DNA of 23,529 bases from Candidatus Margulisiibacteriota bacterium. GTDB lineage: Bacteria; Margulisbacteria; WOR-1; O2-12-FULL-45-9. The stretch spans positions 1 through 23,529 of the forward strand of contig JBDRHP010000069.1 in NCBI GenBank assembly GCA_043816785.1. The letters are read 5' to 3'. The notes under the pieces are model-generated. The model worked only from the letters and a program-made list of their open reading frames with translations, was not told where the DNA came from and made no database searches. Below, piece by piece: positions 9,100-17,746 of this stretch. A program made the translations under genes and the position numbers. Position 1 is the first letter of the stretch; each line of letters starts with the position of its first letter.

Positions 9100-9441
9100 A
9101 TGTTGATCACCGTTCTTAAATCCAAAATCCATTTAGCTAAAATAACTGATACCCTGCTTTATTACCAGGGCAGTATAGGAATTGATAAAGGCCTAATGAA
9201 AGCCAGCGGTCTGGTTGCCGGTGAAAAGGTCGCGGTTTTGAATTTTAATAATTCCAGCCGCTTTGAAACCTATGTGATCGAAGGAGACAAGGGAGAGATT
9301 TCTCTTCGCGGGCCTGCTGCCAAACTTGGCAAAAAAGGCGACAAAGTCATTGTCCTGGCTTATGGGCAAATTGATCAATCTGAGGCAAAGGGTTTTAAAC
9401 CAAAAATTATATTAGTAGATGAAAGGAATGAAATAAAATGA
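9100..9441 (+). CDS. panD: Aspartate 1-decarboxylase proenzyme
   Basis: KSKIH, autocleavage site Y-Q-G24-S25, RFETYVI, GDKVIV. Confidence 0.93.
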   Translation: MLITVLKSKIHLAKITDTLLYYQGSIGIDKGLMKASGLVAGEKVAVLNFNNSSRFETYVIEGDKGEISLRGPAAKLGKKGDKVIVLAYGQIDQSEAKGFKPKIILVDERNEIK

Positions 9442-9710
9442 AACAGGTATTTGGCTATTGGTCATTGATCGTTGTTTGGAGTTTGGCATTTGGAGTTTGG
9501 GATTTTGCCTCTGCTATGGGCGGCCCTGCCCCAAAAAAGGAAGAACCAAAATATAAATTAGAGATCATAAAAATGGACGTGATGGGTGCGCCAACGCAAA
9601 CATTGGAATCAAAAAGCATGACCAGTGAGGGAAAAGAATCAAAATATAAATTAGAGATCCTGAAAATGGACGTGATTACTACCCCTACTCCATCTCCTGA
9701 AGCAAAATAG
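9438..9710 (+). CDS. Small secreted hypothetical protein with a duplicated 14-aa motif
   Basis: ATGA overlap with panD, SD-like AAAGGA, hydrophobic N-terminus ending ASA, and KYKLEI(I/L)KMDV twice. Confidence 0.7.
   Translation: MKQVFGYWSLIVVWSLAFGVWDFASAMGGPAPKKEEPKYKLEIIKMDVMGAPTQTLESKSMTSEGKESKYKLEILKMDVITTPTPSPEAK
9541..9676 (+). repeat. 43-bp direct repeat (3 mismatches), period 93 nt
   Basis: AAGAA(C/T)CAAAATATAAATTAGAGATC(A/C)T(A/G)AAAATGGACGTGAT at 9541-9583 and 9634-9676. Confidence 0.9.
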
Positions 9711-9712
9711 AC

Positions 9713-10636
9713 TTAGGCTGGTCTCCAGGTCAAACTTTCAATAAAACTTCTGGCCTGGGCTGGCTCTTCCAAATGGTTGGTGGGATAATTATCTTCCAGC
9801 AATTCATTCTCTCTAGCCCAATCGATCCTGGCAACCTCTGCCTCAAATTTATATGTATAACCGCTTAATGGATCAATCGATCCCAATCTTACACTGCTGA
9901 TCAAAAGAGTAAAAAGAACATTGGCCTCGCTCTGAAAAAGGGCCTGGCCCAGATCCTCGCATTCCAATTGGGCCAAAAAGGTCAGCTGTGAAAAAAAACG
10001 GGTTCTAATTATATCTGCTCTTAGAACCTCTAAAAATGTCCCCAGCTCAGTTCTTATTGTGGGCACGTCAATACCTGATTCATGGCTATAGACAGTTCCC
10101 GGCAAATCCGGAGATACTCTTCTTAAACAAAGTTCAATACTGATCAGGGGCTGGAAGGGCCAGAGGATCGTCCTATCAGGGATCCGGCTAAAGGGAGTTT
10201 CGCTATATAAGCTAACAACTCTGTATCCTGGAAATAAATCCCCCATTTCTGAACTATTCAATAACAATTCGGCCTGCTCGCCTCCTCCTCCAGCAATAGC
10301 TGTTGCCAGGCGCCAGCCAAAGGCTGTTCGTAAGGTATCTTCTTTTCTCTGCTCAACTTCAAAAGTAAGCCCTTCTCGCTCCGTTACAATTCTATCGATT
10401 TCCTTATCTGTTATCGCCAGATCACCAGTTGTTACTTCCTCAAGTTCTTGCCTGAGCCTTGCCCCATTGTCCGTTGGCAAAGCATCCTGGGGGTTAATCC
10501 TTCTGGCGCGCTCAACTTGACCGGGAATGTGATTGTCACTGATCAATGATTCCGCTGCCCATTTCGCCATAAATCTAGGGACCAAGCGAACACTTGGTAA
10601 TACCCGACGCGCTATTGCTGTTTTTCCTGCTACCAT
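9713..10636 (-). CDS. Orphan hypothetical protein (307 aa)
   Basis: Long ORF filling the gap, with SD AGAGGA 7 nt before the ATG. No family motif recognised. Confidence 0.7.
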   Translation of the reverse strand: MVAGKTAIARRVLPSVRLVPRFMAKWAAESLISDNHIPGQVERARRINPQDALPTDNGARLRQELEEVTTGDLAITDKEIDRIVTEREGLTFEVEQRKEDTLRTAFGWRLATAIAGGGGEQAELLLNSSEMGDLFPGYRVVSLYSETPFSRIPDRTILWPFQPLISIELCLRRVSPDLPGTVYSHESGIDVPTIRTELGTFLEVLRADIIRTRFFSQLTFLAQLECEDLGQALFQSEANVLFTLLISSVRLGSIDPLSGYTYKFEAEVARIDWARENELLEDNYPTNHLEEPAQARSFIESLTWRPA

Positions 10637-10655
10637 TTTGATGTCCTCTAATTTA

Positions 10656-10682
10656 TTATCGATTCTATTTTAACCAAATTTC
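10656..10682 (-). promoter_or_regulatory. Possible sigma28-like promoter of the orphan gene
   Basis: GAAA-N15-ATCGATAA on the minus strand, compared with the FliA consensus TAAA-N15-GCCGATAA. Confidence 0.35.
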
Positions 10683-10708
10683 ACCAATTTAATAACAAAA
10701 AATCGGCC

Positions 10709-10737
10709 TTGCGGTAAAATTAGACTAATGCTAAAAT
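10709..10737 (+). promoter_or_regulatory. Sigma70-type promoter of hisG
   Basis: TTGCGG, 17-bp spacer, TAAAAT with an extended TG. Confidence 0.6.
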
Positions 10738-10776
10738 TCATACGCCAAAGCTCAAGTGGAGCGAAGGGGGAAAATT

Positions 10777-11652
10777 ATGTCTAAAAAGCTAAAAATTGGA
10801 TTACCAAAAGGTTCTTTGCAGGAATCAACCTTTGAACTATTTAAAAAGGCCGGCTGGTCCATAAAAGCCTCAGCCCGCTCCTATTATCCAGCGGTTGATG
10901 ATCCTGAGCTGGAGATCATGCTTAGCCGGGCCCAGGAAATGGCCCGATACGTTGAAAGCGGGGTCATTGATTGTGGTTTGACCGGTATTGATTGGGTCAC
11001 AGAATCAGGCTGCAAGGTTAAAAAAGTAGCAGACCTGGTCTACGCCAAACAAGGTTTGAGAAAAGTCCGCTGGGTTTTGGCTGTACCGGAAAATTCCAAG
11101 ATTAAAACTGTTAAATTGTTAAAAGGAAAACGAATTGCCACGGAACTGGTCAACACAACTAAAAAGTATCTCAAAGCAAACAAAGTGAACGCCAAAGTTG
11201 AATTTTCGTGGGGAGCAACCGAAGCCAAACCACCAGAACTGGCCGATGCCATTGTTGAATTAACTGAGACTGGCTCTTCCCTGCGCGCCAACAAATTAAA
11301 GATCATTGACACTGTCATGGAATCAAATACAGTTGTTATCGCTAATCAGGAATGCTTAGATGACCCCTGGAAAAGAGAAAAATTAGATAACCTTATTATC
11401 TTATTGCAAGGCGCTCTGGTGGCAGAAAGCAAAGTGGGATTGAAAATGAACGTGATCAAAGGCCGTTTGCGCAATGTTCTAAAACTCCTGCCTGCTCTGC
11501 AAACCCCTACTATCGCGGAATTATCAAATTCTGCCTGGGTAGATGTTGATACTGTGGTCGACGAGCGAGTGGTCAGGTACCTCATCCCCAAGCTCAAAAA
11601 TGCCGGAGCTAGAGGAATTGTTGAGTATCCGTTAAACAAAGTTATCGACTAA
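10777..11652 (+). CDS. hisG: ATP phosphoribosyltransferase, long form
   Basis: [43 protein letters not shown], and a C-terminal regulatory domain (PTIAEL...LKNAGARGI). The ATG at 10777 follows SD AAGGGGG. Confidence 0.96.
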   Translation: MSKKLKIGLPKGSLQESTFELFKKAGWSIKASARSYYPAVDDPELEIMLSRAQEMARYVESGVIDCGLTGIDWVTESGCKVKKVADLVYAKQGLRKVRWVLAVPENSKIKTVKLLKGKRIATELVNTTKKYLKANKVNAKVEFSWGATEAKPPELADAIVELTETGSSLRANKLKIIDTVMESNTVVIANQECLDDPWKREKLDNLIILLQGALVAESKVGLKMNVIKGRLRNVLKLLPALQTPTIAELSNSAWVDVDTVVDERVVRYLIPKLKNAGARGIVEYPLNKVID

Positions 11653-12367
11653 GAGCAATAATCCTTTCCCTTAGGACTTCGGTAACCTCTCTGTAGATAT
11701 CGTAGGCCTGATTAGTCTTTTTCTTTTCAATATAGGTATCCATCTCAATTGGCTTGCCAAAACTAACATAAACAGGGTGCGGCCTGGGAAATATCCAGCC
11801 AGTTGGCAACACTTGCCAGGTCCCGGAAATATAGACCGGCACCAGAGGGACTCCCGTTTCCACTGCCAGCACCCCCACCCCGGGCCTGAAAGGCAAAATA
11901 CGACCGTCAGTTGAGCGCGTCCCCTCGGGATTAATATAAACGGCTTTGCCTGCCCTTAATATCTGAGCTGCTGCGCGCAGCGCGGGAAAGAAATCCTCGA
12001 TCGAGTCGATCCTGACTACATTGGCCGCCACCTTGATCCAGAATCTAGCCCAAGCGTTATCGTAAAATAATTTGGTGGTTATGGGATAAAGTTCCTGGTG
12101 TCGTTTTCCCGTGGCCCAGGCAACGCTGGCATAATCCATTGACGAAGCGTGATTTGGGGCAATAATATATGGTGGCTTGGCCGGCAAATTTTCCAGACCG
12201 TAAACTTTTACCGGACAGTAAAAGCGTAGCGGAATATTTATGATGGCATAAAACAAAGGCCGAAGAATACGCTGCCAGTACCTGTATTTATTTAAAACCT
12301 GAGGATCGAGCGGTTTATCCAACTCTAATAATCTTCGCCAGTAAGCTGAGGTATCTTGATCACCCAT
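11642..12367 (-). CDS. PlsC-family lysophospholipid acyltransferase
   Basis: Catalytic NHASSMD (HxxxxD), [14 protein letters not shown]. Confidence 0.92.
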   Translation of the reverse strand: MGDQDTSAYWRRLLELDKPLDPQVLNKYRYWQRILRPLFYAIINIPLRFYCPVKVYGLENLPAKPPYIIAPNHASSMDYASVAWATGKRHQELYPITTKLFYDNAWARFWIKVAANVVRIDSIEDFFPALRAAAQILRAGKAVYINPEGTRSTDGRILPFRPGVGVLAVETGVPLVPVYISGTWQVLPTGWIFPRPHPVYVSFGKPIEMDTYIEKKKTNQAYDIYREVTEVLRERIIALSR

Positions 12368-12619
12368 TTATTTCTTTTTGGAGAGAAATTCCTTGACCAG
12401 GCCAATAATGTCATTCAAGGTATTAATGTTCTTCAATTTTTCTTCCGGCACATCCAAGTCATATTGCTTATCCAACGAAGCAATGATCTCAACCCCCAGC
12501 AAAGAATCGACCCCAAGCTCGGCAAACAGATTGGCATTGGCATCAATTTTATCTTCCGGTATCTTAATGACCTTAGACACCAAGGTTTTTATTTCTTGCG
12601 CCAATTTTTCATCATTCAT
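12368..12619 (-). CDS. Acyl carrier protein
   Basis: An 83-aa acidic protein with the phosphopantetheine site LGVDSL. Overlaps the upstream ligase (ATGA). Confidence 0.93.
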   Translation of the reverse strand: MNDEKLAQEIKTLVSKVIKIPEDKIDANANLFAELGVDSLLGVEIIASLDKQYDLDVPEEKLKNINTLNDIIGLVKEFLSKKK

Positions 12620-14253
12620 AATTTTAGCTCCTTTTTGATCTCGAATCTTTTGATCTTCTTTAAGCGGGTTTTGGGCAATTCCTCCTTACGAATGATAAAT
12701 CTGGCGATCCGTTTAAAATCAGCCATTTTCTTGTTGAGTTCTTGCACTTCAGCAGCAATCGTTTTATTAATGAACTCGTCAGAACTATTTCCCTGCTGAA
12801 CAAAATGCTCCGGCTCCGGCACAATTAAAGCCACTACCTCTTCGGCGCCTTTTCTCACGCCTGACTTGACCTTATCCCCTATCACACACGATTCCTTTAT
12901 CGCCGGGATCTTATTCAGGACAAACTCGATCTCTTCCGGGTAAACATTGACTCCCGAACCAGTAACGATCACATCCTTGGATCGGCCGGTAATAAGAAGA
13001 AAGCCATTTTCATCCAGATAACCAACATCTCCGGTATGCAGCCAGCCGTTGACCACGAGCCTTGAAGTCAATTCCTTTCGTTTGTAATATCCTTTCATGA
13101 TGTTAGGGCCAAAAGCCAAAATTTCCCCAACCGGATCACTCCCCGAGATCTTGATCTCAACCCCTGGAATAGGTTTGCCAACTGAGCCGATCTTGTTCTG
13201 CTTCAGAGTGTTGCAGGTCATAATTGGAGAAGACTCGGACATCCCGTATCCCTGAAGAATGGTAAATCCCATTAACTCAAAGTTTCTGGCCACCTCAGGA
13301 TCAAGGGCCGCGCCGCCAGAAACAAAAAAACGGATTTTGCCGCCAAACTTCTTATGGACCGTTTTAAACAATAAACGGCCGAGATTAATGCCAATAATAT
13401 ACCGGAAAAATTTGGCTGCAATAAAAAGGACTGAAAAAGCCTTGCTCAAACCTTTTTCTTCAACTTCTCTCAAAATTCCATCATAGAAAAGTTGATACAA
13501 CATCGGCACACCGCACATGATGGTCACACCGGTTTCCTGCATATTCCGCAAAATATTATGTGATTTCAAGCTTTTCGCGTAAGTAATGGTACAACCCTCA
13601 TGAAAGGGACCCAGGAAACCAGCCGTGGTCTCAAAAGTATGATGCAGCGGCAAAACAGAAAGAAAATTATCCTTGGGGCCAAGATCAAAAAGAGAAGTAA
13701 CTGAAATTACATTAGACATGATGTTTCGATGAGTCAGCATCACGCCTTTAGGAATTCCTGTGGTTCCAGAAGTATAAACGATTGAGGCAATATCATCTAG
13801 GCCAACATGGGACATGGGACGCGACGCGGGGGACGGGAAATTATCAAATTCTTCCATGATCGTCGCCTGCCCCTCGACCCTCGTCCCTTGCATGAATTCA
13901 ATGAATCTTTGCGAGACAAGCGCAGCTTTAGCCCCTGAATCCTCAATTAAAGGGGCCAGCTCTTCCTTTTGCAGCATAGCATCCAGCGGAACCACAATCG
14001 CGCCCAAGCCAGTAATCGCTAAATAAGCGGTTCCCCACTCTGGACGGTTTTCTGAAAGCAGCACGACCCGGTCACCTTTGGCAACCCCAAGCTTAATTAA
14101 AGCGTCTTGGACTTTTGCCGCCAGCTCCGCCACCTGTTGAAAAGTGAATTTCTTATAGCCGCCACCATCTTGACGTATCTGAAAAGCCGTCTGATCGCGG
14201 TATTTCTCCGCGTTCCGTTCAAGCATGTCTTTAATCGTAATTATTTCTTTCAT
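12616..14253 (-). CDS. AMP-forming long-chain fatty acid--CoA/ACP ligase
   Basis: YTSGTTGIPKG, QGYGMSE, WLHTGDVG, GRSKDVIV, NVYPEEIE, LPKTRLKK. The ATG at 14253 is preferred because the ORF-track start overlaps Yip1. Confidence 0.92.
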   Translation of the reverse strand: MKEIITIKDMLERNAEKYRDQTAFQIRQDGGGYKKFTFQQVAELAAKVQDALIKLGVAKGDRVVLLSENRPEWGTAYLAITGLGAIVVPLDAMLQKEELAPLIEDSGAKAALVSQRFIEFMQGTRVEGQATIMEEFDNFPSPASRPMSHVGLDDIASIVYTSGTTGIPKGVMLTHRNIMSNVISVTSLFDLGPKDNFLSVLPLHHTFETTAGFLGPFHEGCTITYAKSLKSHNILRNMQETGVTIMCGVPMLYQLFYDGILREVEEKGLSKAFSVLFIAAKFFRYIIGINLGRLLFKTVHKKFGGKIRFFVSGGAALDPEVARNFELMGFTILQGYGMSESSPIMTCNTLKQNKIGSVGKPIPGVEIKISGSDPVGEILAFGPNIMKGYYKRKELTSRLVVNGWLHTGDVGYLDENGFLLITGRSKDVIVTGSGVNVYPEEIEFVLNKIPAIKESCVIGDKVKSGVRKGAEEVVALIVPEPEHFVQQGNSSDEFINKTIAAEVQELNKKMADFKRIARFIIRKEELPKTRLKKIKRFEIKKELKL

Positions 14254-14275
14254 CTGAGTTGAGCGAAGCTTAGAG

Positions 14276-14872
14276 TCAAGCCGCCAGCATCCGCATAAAC
14301 ATCGGGCCGTAAATAGTGCTGACAACGATCAGGGATAAGATAAAACTTATGAATACGCCGGCGAGCAAGACCGAAATAGTATAAAGTACGGCTTTGTTTT
14401 GCGGCGTTGCTAAAACCTCTTTTAGCCCAAGGTAGAGCAAATAAATACCGTAAAGGCCCAGGATGGATAAAATTCCCATTCCAGGGATCAAGGAAAATAG
14501 CCCTGCCAGCCAAACCGGTGTCATTGAGAAAACCACGACCTTGACCGCTGAATCCAGATCAGCCTTGGCACCAAAAACCGGGGCTAAAAGCTTAACGACC
14601 CAGCCGGCAATAAATATTGCAGTTAGGTTTAAACCATAGCCGGCTGCCCCGCCAAAAAAGGCTTCTAAAAAAGGCGCTCGAATAACATTCCCGTCCAGCA
14701 AGTGGATGCCAATAATTGTCATGCCGACTAAGCCGCAAACCGAGGGAATAAGCGCCAGCGGCGCGGCATAATTAATAAACAGCTGTTTTATGTCCAGCTG
14801 TTCCTCTTTAATTGTTTGCCAGGCCATTCTCGGATTAAAGATGATCTCGCGGGCCCTTTCAATAATCTTCAT
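14276..14872 (-). CDS. Yip1-domain membrane protein
   Basis: IIFNPxxAWxxI start, five hydrophobic segments, TPVWLAG and LYGIYLLYLGL. SD GAGGAGG. Confidence 0.85.
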   Translation of the reverse strand: MKIIERAREIIFNPRMAWQTIKEEQLDIKQLFINYAAPLALIPSVCGLVGMTIIGIHLLDGNVIRAPFLEAFFGGAAGYGLNLTAIFIAGWVVKLLAPVFGAKADLDSAVKVVVFSMTPVWLAGLFSLIPGMGILSILGLYGIYLLYLGLKEVLATPQNKAVLYTISVLLAGVFISFILSLIVVSTIYGPMFMRMLAA

Positions 14873-14900
14873 TACTTGCCTCCTCTAAATGCGTCTAAAA

Positions 14901-14946
14901 ATTCTATCATTCTCAACTTGTATTGACAAGGCAACTTTGCTAAAAT
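14901..14946. promoter_or_regulatory. Overlapping divergent sigma70-type promoters
   Basis: Plus strand: TTGTAT(14918)-17-TAAAAT(14941) with TG. Minus strand: TTGTCA(14929)-17-TAGAAT(14906) with TG. Confidence 0.65.
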
Positions 14947-14968
14947 TCAGGAAAAGGGAGGCCCAAAA

Positions 14969-16234
14969 ATGAAAAAAATATTAGGTGTCCTGATCATCAT
15001 TTCCTTGTTTGCCAATAGCGCTCTGGCGATCTACGCCCCGCGGGCCATGGGCATGGGAGGCGCTTTCACAGCTATTGCTGATGACGCCTTTGCCGCCTAC
15101 TGGAACCCGGCCGGCTTTGCCATCAATCCCGGGGTTGATCTGGCTGGCAGCTACCAGCTGACTAACCGCAACACCCTGATCGGCGATAACACGTTTGCGC
15201 TCAAAGGCTGTTTTGAAATTGGCATGAACCCGTTTGCCTGGGTAGCTGGGATTGGGCTGGCTACTATGTTCGCTTACGAAGGCGCTAAATACCTGAGCGA
15301 TAAAGACATTGTTAAGAAAAACTGGGGCCGGCCCGGGGAAAAGGTCGCTAAGGAAGAATCCATGGCTGAGGATGTCAAAGCAGAAGATGAAAAACAAAAG
15401 GCCGAAGGTAAAGAACCCGTACGCGAGCCGATTTCCAGAAAAGCTATCGCTAAAAAAGCGGTTAAAGAATCCGGAAAAGCTGCCATACATGTCGGCTCAA
15501 AGTTCGCCGAGGCCGCCTTAAGAGAAGTTACCATCCAAACACGCCCCTATTATTATGCTCCACATTGGTACCGGCCGAATTATTACAGGCCAACATACTG
15601 GGACGACCGCTATGTTTACAAAGAAAAAGAATTAACCCCGGCGGGCAAAGCGCAATTCGCCATGGGGATCACTGTTATGTCTGACCAGAACGCCATTCTA
15701 GACCAAGATACAAATTGGTACTCGCTATCATTTGCCTCTGGTTATAGTGAAGTGGTCGCCTTAGGCGGCAACATTAATGTATATGACCTAAAAATCCCCA
15801 GCCTCAATGTCAAAGGCGTTGGCGCCGGCCTGGATATCGGCGGCCTGGTAAGGATCTCCGATTCCTTGATGTTCGGCCTGGCAGTCAAAGAACTGCTGAC
15901 TACTGATATCAAGTTTGAGAACGGCACGATCAAACGCTACCAGATGTCAGTCAATGGCGGGATAGCCATTAAGCCCATTAAACAGGCAACCCTGGCGATG
16001 GACGTCCATAATATGTTTGAACAGAACAATCAAGCCGCGTCCATGCATTATGGCCTTGAGGTCCGGCCAATTTACGGCGTAGCTCTGCGTGCCGGACTGT
16101 CTGATACCGCCCAGGCCAGACAAAACAAGACCGCTGGCATCAGCGTTGGCGTTGGCCAGATGATCATTGATTACACGTATCTTGGAGGAGCGTATAACCG
16201 CACCCAGATGGTCGGCGCGACCTGGAAGATCTAA
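14969..16234 (+). CDS. FadL/PorV/UPF0164-like outer-membrane beta-barrel with a large insertion
   Basis: Signal peptide (ALA), RAMGMGGAFTAIADDAFAAYWNPAG N-terminal plug motif, amphipathic strands (GAGLDIG, YGLEV, ALRAG, IDYTY). SD AAGGGAGG. Confidence 0.75.
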   Translation: MKKILGVLIIISLFANSALAIYAPRAMGMGGAFTAIADDAFAAYWNPAGFAINPGVDLAGSYQLTNRNTLIGDNTFALKGCFEIGMNPFAWVAGIGLATMFAYEGAKYLSDKDIVKKNWGRPGEKVAKEESMAEDVKAEDEKQKAEGKEPVREPISRKAIAKKAVKESGKAAIHVGSKFAEAALREVTIQTRPYYYAPHWYRPNYYRPTYWDDRYVYKEKELTPAGKAQFAMGITVMSDQNAILDQDTNWYSLSFASGYSEVVALGGNINVYDLKIPSLNVKGVGAGLDIGGLVRISDSLMFGLAVKELLTTDIKFENGTIKRYQMSVNGGIAIKPIKQATLAMDVHNMFEQNNQAASMHYGLEVRPIYGVALRAGLSDTAQARQNKTAGISVGVGQMIIDYTYLGGAYNRTQMVGATWKI

Positions 16235-16237
16235 TCA

Positions 16238-17746
16238 ATGGACCAAAACGTCCTGGATGTTAAGCGGCCTAATAGCTGGGGAAACCTGCAGCGGCTTAAC
16301 TATCACATCCGCACGGAATGGATCAAAAAAAACCTCAAAGAGATACTTAATATTTTGCAGCATTTGCCGGCCGAAAATGCCGAGCCCTGGAATATCCTGG
16401 GCTTCACCTGCATTGACGACAACCTCTATTACGAAGCGGAAAAGATCTACGATGAGCTTTTCAAAAAGACCCAAAAAGAACACGGGGACGTCAGCATACC
16501 CGCCTACCTGCGCGGCATCGCGCATTTTCTGCAGGGCCGCTTTCAGGAAGCTTATAAGGACTTTACGGCCTCACGACAGTATGATCTGCAAACCAAAAAA
16601 GTTAACAGCGCTTCCGTACGGGCCATGACCTACATGGAAGAAATGGTCTTCCCCACCCGTGAGATCATCAGAAAAAACCAGGCTAAATTGATCAGCGACC
16701 TTAATATCCCCAGGTCGCTGGACCGCACTATCGGCCAAAACATGCTGCGCACCATTCATAAATGGAATTCAGCCACCCCCCTCTTTTCTCAAGGCATCTC
16801 CCAGGGCGGAGGTTATTTTCTGACCCTAAGTAATAGCCACGGCCAGACAAAAGGGATCGCCATTGATCCTGGCTATGATTTTTTTACCATCTTCAGAGAT
16901 ATTGGTTTAGGCATCGCTGACATTGACGCTATCCTTATCACCCATGACCATGATGATCACACGGAATCAGTTGAGGGTATTCTTTCCCTGCTGGCGAAAT
17001 ACAATGACCATAATGAACAAAAAAAGACCAAGGTGCTGGACATCTTTGGTTCCGCCGGCGTCCTGCTTAAGTTTCACGGCCTGCTCTCGGCCACAGACCT
17101 GTTCGGCAACCGGGAAATAAATTTCAAACTGCTTATCCCAGGCTCTGAGATAACTGAGATCGAAGGAGCTTCTTTGCGGGAAAAACATGGTTTCACAATT
17201 ACCGTCAACCCCGCCCATCACGCTGAGCGCTGGACCAATCAGGAATCGTCAGTTGGCATAGTGCTCCACACTAATATCCGCGATGCAAAAAATGGCGGCA
17301 ACTTAAAGATCGGCATCACCGGCGACACTCGCTACGAAGTTGGTCTGGGCAGACATTACAAAGACACCCAGGTGCTGCTGTTAAATATAGGCTCGATCGA
17401 AAAAGAGGAAGGGAAATTCTTAAATCAACACCTGGGCATGCTGGGCTGCATCAATCTGCTTAAAGAAGCCAGATTAGGGAAACCCTTGCTGGCTATTCTG
17501 ACCGAGTTTGGCGAAGAATTTTCCGGCAAGCGCGAAACCATCAGCCGGATCATTGAGAACTGGGCCCAACCCATGTCTGGCGGCAAATCTCGTGCGCTCA
17601 AAGTTATTCCAGCTGATATTCACCTAGAAGTCCGGCTGGAAGACTTAAATATCCGCGAGACCGACACCAATGTCTTCTTCCCCTACAACATGATCGAGAT
17701 TGACGAATCTGATCCAGAGATCTTACGGTACAATTTTAATGATTAA
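16238..17746 (+). CDS. TPR-like repeat plus metallo-beta-lactamase-fold hydrolase
   Basis: N-terminal TPR-like helices (WNILGF..., AYLRGIAHFLQGRFQEAYKDF). MBL motifs IDPG, THDHDDH (HxHxDH, 16943-16960), AHH, TGDT, HLG. Confidence 0.8.
   Translation: MDQNVLDVKRPNSWGNLQRLNYHIRTEWIKKNLKEILNILQHLPAENAEPWNILGFTCIDDNLYYEAEKIYDELFKKTQKEHGDVSIPAYLRGIAHFLQGRFQEAYKDFTASRQYDLQTKKVNSASVRAMTYMEEMVFPTREIIRKNQAKLISDLNIPRSLDRTIGQNMLRTIHKWNSATPLFSQGISQGGGYFLTLSNSHGQTKGIAIDPGYDFFTIFRDIGLGIADIDAILITHDHDDHTESVEGILSLLAKYNDHNEQKKTKVLDIFGSAGVLLKFHGLLSATDLFGNREINFKLLIPGSEITEIEGASLREKHGFTITVNPAHHAERWTNQESSVGIVLHTNIRDAKNGGNLKIGITGDTRYEVGLGRHYKDTQVLLLNIGSIEKEEGKFLNQHLGMLGCINLLKEARLGKPLLAILTEFGEEFSGKRETISRIIENWAQPMSGGKSRALKVIPADIHLEVRLEDLNIRETDTNVFFPYNMIEIDESDPEILRYNFND

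Noticed and set aside
14254..14325. Cys-rich N-terminal extension of the acyl ligase
   Set aside because: It overlaps the Yip1 3' end. The ATG at 14253 gives a normal N-terminus.
14923..14928. Perfect TTGACA as the -35 of the barrel gene
   Set aside because: It is only 12 bp from the -10. TTGTAT at 17 bp fits better.
16238..17746. Antibiotic-resistance beta-lactamase
   Set aside because: There is no signal peptide, and the TPR fusion and motif layout fit cytoplasmic MBL-fold hydrolases rather than class B beta-lactamases.
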